A DNA stretch of 64,000 nucleotides, from contig OY970359.1 in the NCBI GenBank assembly GCA_963718665.1, positions 768,001 to 832,000 on the forward strand. Direction: 5' to 3'. The notes beneath the pieces are model-generated. The model saw nothing but the letters and a program-made list of their open reading frames with translations, made no database searches and had not been told where the DNA came from. This document shows, piece after piece, positions 50,494 through 59,659 of the stretch. Position numbers and translations under genes: made by a program. This DNA is from an uncultured Phycisphaerales bacterium. Its GTDB lineage: Bacteria > Planctomycetota > Phycisphaerae > Sedimentisphaerales > Anaerobacaceae. Positions within the stretch are counted from its first letter, which is position 1, and every line of letters starts with the position of its first letter.

Positions 50494-50625
50494 CATTTAG
50501 AACACGTGCGTATGAGATTGATGAAGGCAATATCGTTGGTTCTTGGTCTCTCAGTGACAACTGGGGGCTTTTATACTGATCCTCGTTAAGGAATAGGCTA
50601 AAATATGGTAGTATTTCTTGACGGA

Positions 50626-50994
50626 TCAGCTTAATCCGACCAGTATTGTGCCGCCGACAATCAGCACAACGCCCACCCATCGCCGCAGCCCAATCTGCTC
50701 CTTCAACAGCAGCCGGCAGAATACCATTATAATTACTAGTTCCAAACTACTGATGAGGTAGGCCATGCTGACATCCAATGTTCTCAACGCGAATGTCCAG
50801 CAAAACCCCGCCACCACGAAACACGCCACGCCCAAACTGACCAATTTGTATCGTTTCAGGGCCAGTCGCAGTACCGCAAAGGTCGTGTGGTTGTAACGGC
50901 CAAAATCCACCGATTGCTTGAATGCAACATGGCCCAGCCCCTCGGTGATGACCGATCCCAGAACCAACAGCAGTCCAGGCAGGCGTTCTATCAT
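50626..50994 (-). CDS. SMR/EamA-family small transporter (ArnE/F-like)
   Basis: 4 TM; 'LDVSMAY', 'LKEQIGLRRWVGVVLI'. Confidence 0.8.
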   Translation of the reverse strand: MIERLPGLLLVLGSVITEGLGHVAFKQSVDFGRYNHTTFAVLRLALKRYKLVSLGVACFVVAGFCWTFALRTLDVSMAYLISSLELVIIMVFCRLLLKEQIGLRRWVGVVLIVGGTILVGLS

Positions 50995-51461
50995 AGCATG
51001 GTTTCCGATGGTTGGCCTGGCATTGCGCGAGGCGAGGGCATATGAGGAGCCCTCGTGTTATGATCGGTGCTGCTGATGAACCAGACCCCAACCAGGATCA
51101 TGACAATGCCTACCATCCGCATCACGCCAACCTTCTCACCGAAGAACATAACTGAGCAGGCAACCACCGAGACCAAACTCAAGGCGGTGATCGGTCGGGC
51201 GTAGCTGAGGTCCGCCTTGGCAAGCAGAAGAATCCAGAAAATGAATTGGACTCCAAAAATGCTCAACAGGAAGTAGAATATCGGTTGAACCGTCACTGTC
51301 CGCACCGTTTCCATGAAACCGGCTGACTCCGGCACGCCAAGGACAACAGATTTCCACACCATTTGCGCCACCGTCTCCACCACGATGGTAATGGTTAGAA
51401 TCAACCAAACCATACGTGGAAACTTCGCGATGTTCTTACCGGCTTGTGGGAGATGCTCCAT
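50991..51461 (-). CDS. SMR/EamA-family small transporter (ArnE/F-like)
   Basis: 'ADLSYARPITAL', 'FGEKV..RMVG'; 4-nt overlap with partner. Confidence 0.8.
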   Translation of the reverse strand: MEHLPQAGKNIAKFPRMVWLILTITIVVETVAQMVWKSVVLGVPESAGFMETVRTVTVQPIFYFLLSIFGVQFIFWILLLAKADLSYARPITALSLVSVVACSVMFFGEKVGVMRMVGIVMILVGVWFISSTDHNTRAPHMPSPRAMPGQPSETML

Positions 51462-51534
51462 CAGACATTTCCTATTTGATCCGATATTTCCGACTTAATG
51501 CTTTTTCGACTTTCAACTCCATTATTCGCGGCAG

Positions 51535-52206
51535 CTAAAGTAGGCCCTGTTCCTTATAACGCCGTTTCACGTCAGGAAAATGCTTTGCAATTGCGTGTTC
51601 TGCTAGATTACGGATTGGTCCTCCGTATATCATCCCATGTTCCAAATGGTTGCACAAGTACTCAAGTTGAAAATACCGACATACGGCATGTCCGACGTCA
51701 GTATATGCGTTGGCGCATATCTCTCTCACAAATATTCCCCGACAGGACAAGTCATCAATAAGCTGAAAGATACTTTTGAATAATAGCTGGACGCTTCGCA
51801 GTTTCCTGAACGAAGGATGCATACATATCTGTGAAAAGTAAATATCATAAAAGCCGGGAGGACCAAAAAATTGAACTTTGTCAATAGTAATCTGGCTGTC
51901 GAGTAATCTGCCGCGTTTGGCAACAGCATAATCTTCAGGAAGCAACGGAGCAAAATGCCAGTAACCCACAATGCTCCGCGGTTTGTTAACTAACAAACGC
52001 CAAGTGTCAGGTTGGTTCATGAAAACTGGCGCCCATTGAGCTATATCACCTTCGTGTTTAAGAACCAAACCCGGAATCGTCATGTAGTCGAGTCGGATAA
52101 GTTCGTCCACCAGCATTCGGCCATTCCATCCCCACGATAGGACATCCTGAACCCCGGCAACGGTAATACCAAGTGCACCCATAGTTTTATTAATATTTCC
52201 CTTCAA
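51535..52206 (-). CDS. GNAT-fold-like hypothetical protein; N-terminus possibly frameshifted
   Basis: 'IVGYWHF', 'ICMHPSFR', 'ANAYT..G'. Confidence 0.55.
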   Translation of the reverse strand: MKGNINKTMGALGITVAGVQDVLSWGWNGRMLVDELIRLDYMTIPGLVLKHEGDIAQWAPVFMNQPDTWRLLVNKPRSIVGYWHFAPLLPEDYAVAKRGRLLDSQITIDKVQFFGPPGFYDIYFSQICMHPSFRKLRSVQLLFKSIFQLIDDLSCRGIFVREICANAYTDVGHAVCRYFQLEYLCNHLEHGMIYGGPIRNLAEHAIAKHFPDVKRRYKEQGLL

Positions 52207-52332
52207 TTCAACAAGCCCTATAATACGAATTTTATAGTGCTTTGTTTATAGTTTTTTGCATAGTTTTTTCATCCATGGTTATATTTTAGACGGCAGAGTT
52301 TGACTTCAAATTTTCACGGCAATATATATGTC

Positions 52333-52379
52333 CCCAAGTTAACAAGAACCTTTCTTCAAGATTACATTTTTGTAATGTT
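52333..52379 (-). promoter_or_regulatory. 47-bp regulatory element, copy A (contains ATTACA-N4-TGTAAT box)
   Basis: 46/47 identical to the reverse complement of 54821-54867. Confidence 0.75.
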
Positions 52380-52385
52380 CAGCAA

Positions 52386-52519
52386 CCCACCAAAACACTC
52401 CCAACATAGGAATTATATCGCGGAACCAAAGGAAGGTTGACCAATTTCAACAAGACACGCTACTTGTAATATCAAATTCACCAAAAACTTAGCATCAAAT
52501 AAGTTTTTTATGGTACGCG
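52386..52519 (+). repeat. Array repeat copy 11 (right ~70%)
   Basis: ACATAGGAATTATATCGCGGAACC..TTGACCAATTTCAAC..AGTTTTTTATGGTACGCG. Confidence 0.85.
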
Positions 52520-52633
52520 ATATCGCTGGCTGTTATTAGTTCCTCAAAAAATTTCAAAATAAAACTCTTATTCACTCAGCATAGATTATAATATCCTGTA
52601 AAAATAATCCTTTACTGCAAAGGAAAACAAGCT

Positions 52634-54095
52634 GTGCTGGCGGGAAAAATTAACGTTTTGCGGCAAGATATCGCTTTCAGATTAAGTCTCTGGTATGCCC
52701 TTATTCTGCTGCTGCTGTTTACAATATCTTTTATATCCTTCTCTTTGCTGGCCAAGACCGGAATGGGGAAAAATGCGGAAAAGGATACGTTAGCCGATGT
52801 TGATGAATGTAAATCCATATTCCAGTCCGAGGGGTTAGAGGGTCTGCGTAAGGAGTTTCTTTTGCAAGCACATGCCGCTGGCAAAGGAAATATCAGCCTA
52901 AGTGTTCTGAATTCTAAAGGCCTGATACTTATAATTTCAGATTCGCCAAAATGGCAAAATTTTGCCGTTCAACCTGACAGGCTGAACCTTGCACTTGACC
53001 GAGACAAACCGGTGGTGGACATTATCAAAGTTCCTAGTTTTAAGAACAAGGCTATTGTTGTTTATGCCCGTTTGTCGCCGGACAAAATACTGAGAATTGC
53101 CCATCTTTTACGCCAGGATGAAAATTTCCTTTACGACCTGCAGAAAACCCTGATAGTCGTCATGGCAATTACACTGGTAACTGTTATTATCGCCGGCTGG
53201 TTTATACTGAAGCAGGTCATCGGGCGAGTAGTTGTGGTAACCAATACCGCCTTGTCCATCAAGGGCAGCTCGCTGAGCAAACGGGTCCCTGTCAGCGGGC
53301 TGATGGATGAGGTTGATCGTCTTGCTCAAGCCTTTAATAACATGTTAGACAAGATTGAATCCCTCGTAAAAAGCCAGCAGGAAATAACCGACAACGTGGC
53401 CCACGACCTTAGAATCCCGCTGACAAGAATTCGCCTTATCGCTGAATCGCTTTTGACCGCACGAGGCGAAAAAACTGATTCACAAGAATCTGTTAGTATG
53501 ATAATAGAAGAATCCGACCGTCTTTTGGAAATGATTAATACAATGCTCGAAATCAAATCTATCGAGATGGGCATAGCTATATGGAACCTGACCGACGTCG
53601 ACATTGCCGAGGTCATAAAACAGGCGTGTGAATTCTTCCAGCTGGCGGCTGAGGACAAAGGACTTACTCTGAAGTTAAATCAAATTATATCTTTTGTGGT
53701 CAAAGCCGATCTGCGCTGTCTGCAGCGGGTCTTTTCCAACCTGATTGACAACGCTGTCAAATATACTCCGCCAGCGGGTAATATCGAGATTACCATGCGG
53801 GCCATCAATCATGAGATAGCTGTTGAAATTTCCGATACGGGAATCGGCATCGCACCCGATGCCCTACCACGAATATTTGAACGTTTCTACCGCGGTGACA
53901 AAAGCCGAAACGTCTCCGGATTGGGACTTGGCCTGAGCCTGGCGGAAACAATTATCAAAGCGACATGGCGGAAGAATTGAAGTTGAAAGTACGGTTGGCA
54001 ATGGAAGTACCTTTACCGTCTTTTTGCCCGGCTGCAGGCCGGCCAATAACATGACCAAAAAAGAGGAACTGTGTAATGAGAGCTCTGATAGTTGA
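52634..54095 (+). CDS. HAMP-HisKA-HATPase sensor kinase (CusS-like), +1 frameshift at ~53963
   Basis: 'VAHDLRIPL', 'NLIDNAVKY', 'DTGIGI', 'GLGLGL'; expected 'HGGRIEVES..GSTFTVFLP' continues in another frame. Confidence 0.88.
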
Positions 54096-54756
54096 AGATG
54101 ATGAGAAGATCGCCTCGTTTATCCTAAAGGGATTAAAAGAGAACGGCTTTGCTGTCGATCATACCGGCAATGGTGAAGACGGCCTTCACATGGCTTTGAC
54201 CGAGCCGTACGATGCTGCCATTATCGATATCATGCTGCCCAAGCTCGACGGCCTCACACTTATCAAAGAAATGCGGAAGAACAATATTAAGACCCCGGTG
54301 ATAATTTTAAGTGCCCGAGGCACCATTGATGACCGTGTAAAAGGTCTCCATGCAGGGGGCGACGATTACCTCACTAAGCCTTTTGCCTTTACCGAGCTCC
54401 TGGCCCGTGCCCAGTCCCTTATTCGAAGGGTCAGCGGCATCGCCGAACCCACCAGCTTATCTGTTCATGACATCTCTATGGATTTTCTCAGGCGGGAGGT
54501 TACCCGTGCGGGCAAAAAAATCGAACTCACGTCCCTTGAATTTGCGCTTCTCGAATACCTCATACGAAACGTCAACACCGTTATCTCCAAGACAATGATT
54601 ATGGAACATATATGGAAATATAATTTCGACCCGCAGACAAACATCGTTGATGTCCTGGTCTGCCGGGTGCGAAATAAGATCGACCGCGATTTCGGCGAGA
54701 AATTGATACATACTCTTCGCGGGGTCGGTTACATCCTTAAAACGCCTGAATTGTAA
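54076..54756 (+). CDS. OmpR/PhoB-family response regulator (CusR/CopR-like)
   Basis: 'LIVEDD', 'DIMLP', 'DDYLTKPF', 'IHTLRGVGY'. Confidence 0.93.
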   Translation: MRALIVEDDEKIASFILKGLKENGFAVDHTGNGEDGLHMALTEPYDAAIIDIMLPKLDGLTLIKEMRKNNIKTPVIILSARGTIDDRVKGLHAGGDDYLTKPFAFTELLARAQSLIRRVSGIAEPTSLSVHDISMDFLRREVTRAGKKIELTSLEFALLEYLIRNVNTVISKTMIMEHIWKYNFDPQTNIVDVLVCRVRNKIDRDFGEKLIHTLRGVGYILKTPEL

Positions 54757-54820
54757 CACCGAAAAAGACAAAACCTTACAGATTTCCCTTCTTTCTTTTG
54801 ACCTCTTCAGCAAGCATCTT

Positions 54821-54867
54821 AACATTACAAAAATGTAATCTTAAAGAAAGGTTCTTGTTAACTTGGG
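54821..54867 (+). promoter_or_regulatory. 47-bp regulatory element, copy B
   Basis: AACATTACAAAAATGTAATCTTAAAGAAAGGTTCTTGTTAACTTGGG. Confidence 0.75.
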
Positions 54868-54978
54868 AAGCACATAATGCCATGTAAAGTCGTTTTCTGA
54901 AATCCGAAAGGATAAATTTGTGGTAAAGACGGCAAAGAAGACCTTGCATGAGCCAGATTTAACGTTCTTGGTGCGCGT

Positions 54979-56469
54979 ATGATAAAGTACAAGCATGTTC
55001 TCGCTCTGAACCCGTACTTTGGGGAAGCTACCGCTGCAATGGGGATTTTCCCACCAACAGGCCTTGAGTACATTGCCGCAAGCATGAAGGGCTTGGTAGG
55101 GAAGGTGACACTTCTGGACCTTCGCAATGAGAAGGCCTACCAGAACCCTAAGAATCTCAGTGAGTTCATCAGAGCTGAGATCGATTTGCTCTGCATCAGC
55201 ATCGGATGGGAAACTAAATTTAAGAAAATCTGTGATTTCGTCGCTCAATTGCCGCCTGAAGTCACCACAGTTGTCGGGGGCTACAAGGCCACTATGGAAG
55301 TTGAACATCTGTTCGACTGTTGTCCGAATATAGATATGGTCGTACGAGGTGAAGGTGAAGAGATTATACAGCAGATTGTCAAAGGGGTTCCGCCAGAGAA
55401 TATCCCCGGGTTGTCGTATCGGACAAATGGAAATATCGTTCACAACGAAAACTGTCCATTACCCGACATCACAAGCATTCCGTTTCCAGACCGGTCTCTT
55501 AGAAGGCATGATTATAACATGATAGTGCAGGATGTCCGCCTCAGCAGGCAGACATTTGACACGATATTGTCGGCAAGGGGCTGTCCGTTTAAATGCAAGT
55601 TCTGCACCTTTAGCCTCAATCCGCTCGGGCAGAAAAGAAGCTACACGGAACGGCCGGTCGAGTCGGTCATTGAAGAACTGAAGACGATTACCGCCAACGT
55701 CGTGCTTTTCAGCGATGACAACTTTTCCACAAACCCAAAGAGGAGTGAGAGACTTTGCGATCTGATCATCGCAAACAACATCAGGAAGACTTTTCTTATC
55801 CAAACCAGGATTGACATCGCCAATCATCCCGGGCTACTCGACAAGGCATGGAAAGCAGGATTCAGAATCTTTCTTATCGGAATCGAGTCCCCTCACGATT
55901 GGATTCTCGAACAGATTCAAAAGGGCATCACCCAACAGCAGATCCGGGATGCGTTTGCGGTACTGACACAGTATGACTTCTTTCTGCATGGGTATTTCAT
56001 CTACGGCAATATCGGCGAGACGGAAGAAGAAATGCTCTACATCCCGAAGTTTGCTAAGGAGCTCAAGCTGGATTCCATCAGTTTCCAGAAACTCCGCGTC
56101 GAGAAATTCTCACCCCTGAAGGAAATAGTTGAAACAACGCCGGGCTACTACTACAAACGTATCGGCGGTTCCGTCTATTCGGACCGTTACGGGCCTAAGG
56201 AACTTAAGCGAATCCGGAACAGAATCCGCTCGGCATTCTACGATCTCCCGCAGATTCTCCATATCGCCAAAAAGGCCGGGCGATTGGGCCTTTTCCGTTG
56301 GAGCGATTTGATGATTGCATTGCCTAATTTACCCCGCCTCGTGTATGGGTTGGCCAGACGAAAAACGCGAAAGAAAAAGTACGTCGTCAGCTTAAATGAG
56401 ACAGTAAAGAGGCCTGTTTTGGTTGACGACGTACATTACGGCAAGCTGACTTACTCAAAATTAATCTGA
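54979..56469 (+). CDS. B12-binding-domain radical SAM protein
   Basis: 'PPTGLEYIAA', 'VVRGEGE', 'RGCPFKCKFC', 'DDNF', 'GIES'. Confidence 0.9.
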   Translation: MIKYKHVLALNPYFGEATAAMGIFPPTGLEYIAASMKGLVGKVTLLDLRNEKAYQNPKNLSEFIRAEIDLLCISIGWETKFKKICDFVAQLPPEVTTVVGGYKATMEVEHLFDCCPNIDMVVRGEGEEIIQQIVKGVPPENIPGLSYRTNGNIVHNENCPLPDITSIPFPDRSLRRHDYNMIVQDVRLSRQTFDTILSARGCPFKCKFCTFSLNPLGQKRSYTERPVESVIEELKTITANVVLFSDDNFSTNPKRSERLCDLIIANNIRKTFLIQTRIDIANHPGLLDKAWKAGFRIFLIGIESPHDWILEQIQKGITQQQIRDAFAVLTQYDFFLHGYFIYGNIGETEEEMLYIPKFAKELKLDSISFQKLRVEKFSPLKEIVETTPGYYYKRIGGSVYSDRYGPKELKRIRNRIRSAFYDLPQILHIAKKAGRLGLFRWSDLMIALPNLPRLVYGLARRKTRKKKYVVSLNETVKRPVLVDDVHYGKLTYSKLI

Positions 56470-56508
56470 GAGCAAAAAAATAGTGAATTCAGTTGAGTTT
56501 AATGGTGT

Positions 56509-58125
56509 GTGTGTTTTCAACAGCTTCACTATCCCCATTATTTGATGACTTTAGAGCTGACAAAAACAAAAGCATTCTTGATAGCCCTTCTTGTTTGGGC
56601 AGGGATATACCTTCCTTATTTGGGTGCGCCTGAATTTCAATGTGAAGAAGCCCGTGGAGTCCTTCCAGCCATAAATATGCTCAAAACCGGCAACTGGATA
56701 GTGCCTGTTGTTGGAGGCAGGGAATTTTACAGCAAGCCCCCCGGAATCAACTGGATAGTTGCTGCTTCATTTTTAATCACCGGCGAAAAAACGGAGTTTA
56801 CCGCCCGGCTTCCGACGGTCATGTTTATTTTGATATTTGCAGCACTTCTAATCTGGATGCCCGGTCCGTGGCTCAGCCTTCCGGCCAGATTTATTTCCAC
56901 ACTGGTTTTTCTGACAAGTATCGGCATAATAGAATGGGGCCGAATGATAGAAATCGAGGCCATCTACACGGTTTTGACAGGCCTATCAATTTTATGGTGG
57001 TTAAACATCTGGAGCCGCAACGGTTCCAAATGGCTATTGTGGATTGTACCTTCTGTCGTGATTGCTTACGGCTTTCTTACGAAAGGTCCCTTTATCGTGA
57101 TATTTTTTTACAGCACAATCTTTATGGTTTTGCTCTATAACAAAAGTCTTAAGGAGTTTTTTGTCGTTCCACATATTATCGGGATTGCTATTATGGTGTC
57201 TGTGAGTTTGGGCTGGCTGTACCTTGCCTTATCTCGCGCTTCGGCACCTGCCCTGTCCAGCGATATGATGGGGCAGTTTATTGGACATACCATATTCCAT
57301 AGTTTCAGCTTAATGCTCTTTGCTGACAAAATTGTAAAAGCCCTTGCGCTTTTGCTTCCATGGCTTATATTTTTGCCTATTTTATGGGATAAAAATATTG
57401 TGGAACGCCTTGAACCCCAGAATCGCAGCACATTCAAGGCCTGCAGGACGGCGTTGATAATCTGTTTTTTACTGCTTAATCTTATGCCGGGTGCCCAAGG
57501 ACGATACTCCCTTCCTCTTATCCCTTTGGCCGCTTATTTGCTGGGCTGGATATTATCACTTCATCAAGGATTTACCTTGTCTGACCGAGTATGGAAGAAT
57601 TTGCTTCTCGGATGTTTCATCGCATTACCCGTGACAGCGGTTGTGGGGTTGTTTGTGGTAACGGCAAAGTGGCCCGCCTTTATTGTAACTGCGGTGACTA
57701 TTTGTGTTGCAATCACCGTTTTCCTGAAGCGAGACCTGCTGCGAAACGCGCTTAATCTTTCTACGGCAACTGCCGTTGTGGTTGCCTTCTCTATGCTTCT
57801 GTATGCAGTATATGGTATATTTTTCGTCATACGTTATGAGGTAGATAGGCCCAGCGCGTATACAGTAAACAGGATTGTCCCTCAAGGCGATACTGTGTAC
57901 CTGTTTGATTCCAGATACCAGACTTTCTACTTTTATATTCGTCAGCCATTTAAGTATCTGGTGTCCGAAGATGAGATTGACAAAGACGTACACTATTTGG
58001 TTCTGGAAGAAAGAATCCTGCAGGATTTAGTAGCGAACCATCAGCTTTATCGGCGTTCGCCTAAAATCCTGTACGAATTTCCGGAAAAGATTCCGACGCG
58101 ATACAGGTTGGTCGAGCTGAATTGA
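56509..58125 (+). CDS. ArnT/PMT-family (GT39/GT83-like) membrane glycosyltransferase
   Basis: 'EAR..AINM...NW', 'KPPG..W', 'ARLP', 'LTKGP', 'LLPW', 'RYSLPL.P'. Confidence 0.85.
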   Translation: MCFQQLHYPHYLMTLELTKTKAFLIALLVWAGIYLPYLGAPEFQCEEARGVLPAINMLKTGNWIVPVVGGREFYSKPPGINWIVAASFLITGEKTEFTARLPTVMFILIFAALLIWMPGPWLSLPARFISTLVFLTSIGIIEWGRMIEIEAIYTVLTGLSILWWLNIWSRNGSKWLLWIVPSVVIAYGFLTKGPFIVIFFYSTIFMVLLYNKSLKEFFVVPHIIGIAIMVSVSLGWLYLALSRASAPALSSDMMGQFIGHTIFHSFSLMLFADKIVKALALLLPWLIFLPILWDKNIVERLEPQNRSTFKACRTALIICFLLLNLMPGAQGRYSLPLIPLAAYLLGWILSLHQGFTLSDRVWKNLLLGCFIALPVTAVVGLFVVTAKWPAFIVTAVTICVAITVFLKRDLLRNALNLSTATAVVVAFSMLLYAVYGIFFVIRYEVDRPSAYTVNRIVPQGDTVYLFDSRYQTFYFYIRQPFKYLVSEDEIDKDVHYLVLEERILQDLVANHQLYRRSPKILYEFPEKIPTRYRLVELN

Positions 58126-58223
58126 CCGAAGTTAAATGGAGGCGATAGCCTATGGCCTATTTTGGTTAACGACATACATTACGGCAAGCCCTTTTTGAAC
58201 AAAAAAGCAAATAGTTCAGAGGA

Positions 58224-58317
58224 GAATTATATCGCAGAACCGAGGGGAAGCCTCAATAGTTTATAAGGCCAGATGTCCCATAAACTCAGCATAGGATGAG
58301 TTTTTTTATAGTACGGG
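58224..58317 (+). repeat. Array repeat copy 12 (partial, internally deleted)
   Basis: GAATTATATCGCAGAACCG..ATAAGGCCAGATG..GGATGAGTTTTTTTATAGTACGGG. Confidence 0.82.
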
Positions 58318-58465
58318 AGTGTATTCGGGAAATATGCAATATTTGTCCACGAAATCCGTCTTGGTATTCAATTAAGGCAAAAGATCATTGAAAAATGTAA
58401 ACGGGTGAGGTTAGAATCGCGGAATTATTACGGGATAAAAAACAGGCGATAAAGGAGAAAAACAA

Positions 58466-59521
58466 ATGGTTACAAAAGAAACGGTCTTACAAAGTGTGCT
58501 GTCGATAACGGCGATTGTCTGCGTGGCAGCATTTTGCGGCGTCGCATCAGGCGAAGAGTCAAGTTACAAGCTGATTAAGAGGGTGCCGATAGGCGGCGAG
58601 GGCGGCTGGGATTATCTTGCCGTCGATAGCGCGACAAATCGATGTTATATCTCGCACGCCAATCACGTCGTTGTTTTTGATACGGAGAAAGAAAAAGTAA
58701 TCGGCGACATAAACAATACGCCCGGCGTGCACGGGATAGCAATCGCCGCGGGGCTTAATAAAGGTTACATAAGCAACGGCGGCGACAGCACGGTAACGGT
58801 TTTCGATACGGCGACGCTGAAAGAAACCGCCAGGATTAAGGTAGGCAACAGGCCCGACGCCATTTTGTTCGACCCGGCGACAAAACGCGTCTTCACATTC
58901 AACGCAGGCAGCAAAGACAGCACCGTTATCGACGCCGTTAAAGACATAAATATCGGCAATATACCTTTGGGCGGCAAGCCGGAATTCGCGCAATCCGACG
59001 AGAAGGGGCAGGTATTCGTCAATATGGAGGACAAAAACGAAATCGCCGTGATAGACGCCGAAAAGCTGACCGTTACGAACAATTGGCCGATTTCGCCCTG
59101 CGAATCACCCAGCGGATTGGCCATTGACCGCAAAAACAAGCGGCTCTTTTCGGTCTGCTCAAACGGCAAAATGGCGATAACCGATTACACAACGGGCAAG
59201 AGTTTAGCAACGCCTGCTATAGGCAGAGGGCCTGACGCGGCGGCTTTTGACCCCGAAACAGGTTTTGCATTCAGCTCCAATGGAATGGATGGGACATTGA
59301 CGGTGATAAAGGAAGCCCCGGCCGGCCAATTCAAGGTTGTCGAAACCGTGGCAACTGCGCCGATGGCGCGCACTATGGCGCTGGACCCGAAAACGCACAG
59401 GATATACCTTGTTACGGCGAAAGTAAAACCGCCCGCACCTGGAGAGCAACAGGGCGGACGCCGCAGAAACTTTGAGCCGGACTCATTTGAATTGCTGATT
59501 GTCGGTCCAGCCGCAAAATAA
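58466..59521 (+). CDS. YncE-family beta-propeller protein
   Basis: 'GGWDYL', 'GVHGIA', 'PDAILFDP', 'ARTMALDP'. Confidence 0.88.
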   Translation: MVTKETVLQSVLSITAIVCVAAFCGVASGEESSYKLIKRVPIGGEGGWDYLAVDSATNRCYISHANHVVVFDTEKEKVIGDINNTPGVHGIAIAAGLNKGYISNGGDSTVTVFDTATLKETARIKVGNRPDAILFDPATKRVFTFNAGSKDSTVIDAVKDINIGNIPLGGKPEFAQSDEKGQVFVNMEDKNEIAVIDAEKLTVTNNWPISPCESPSGLAIDRKNKRLFSVCSNGKMAITDYTTGKSLATPAIGRGPDAAAFDPETGFAFSSNGMDGTLTVIKEAPAGQFKVVETVATAPMARTMALDPKTHRIYLVTAKVKPPAPGEQQGGRRRNFEPDSFELLIVGPAAK

Positions 59522-59659
59522 AAAACGTTTACGCCGGGTTCATGATTTAACTTATGCCGGATAATACAGTTTGGCGTTGGCCGAAATACCCTGTTTTGAA
59601 GGGTTTTTGCCGAGGGTAACGGCGACAAGATTATAAAATGACAAGGATTTGAGCTAACA

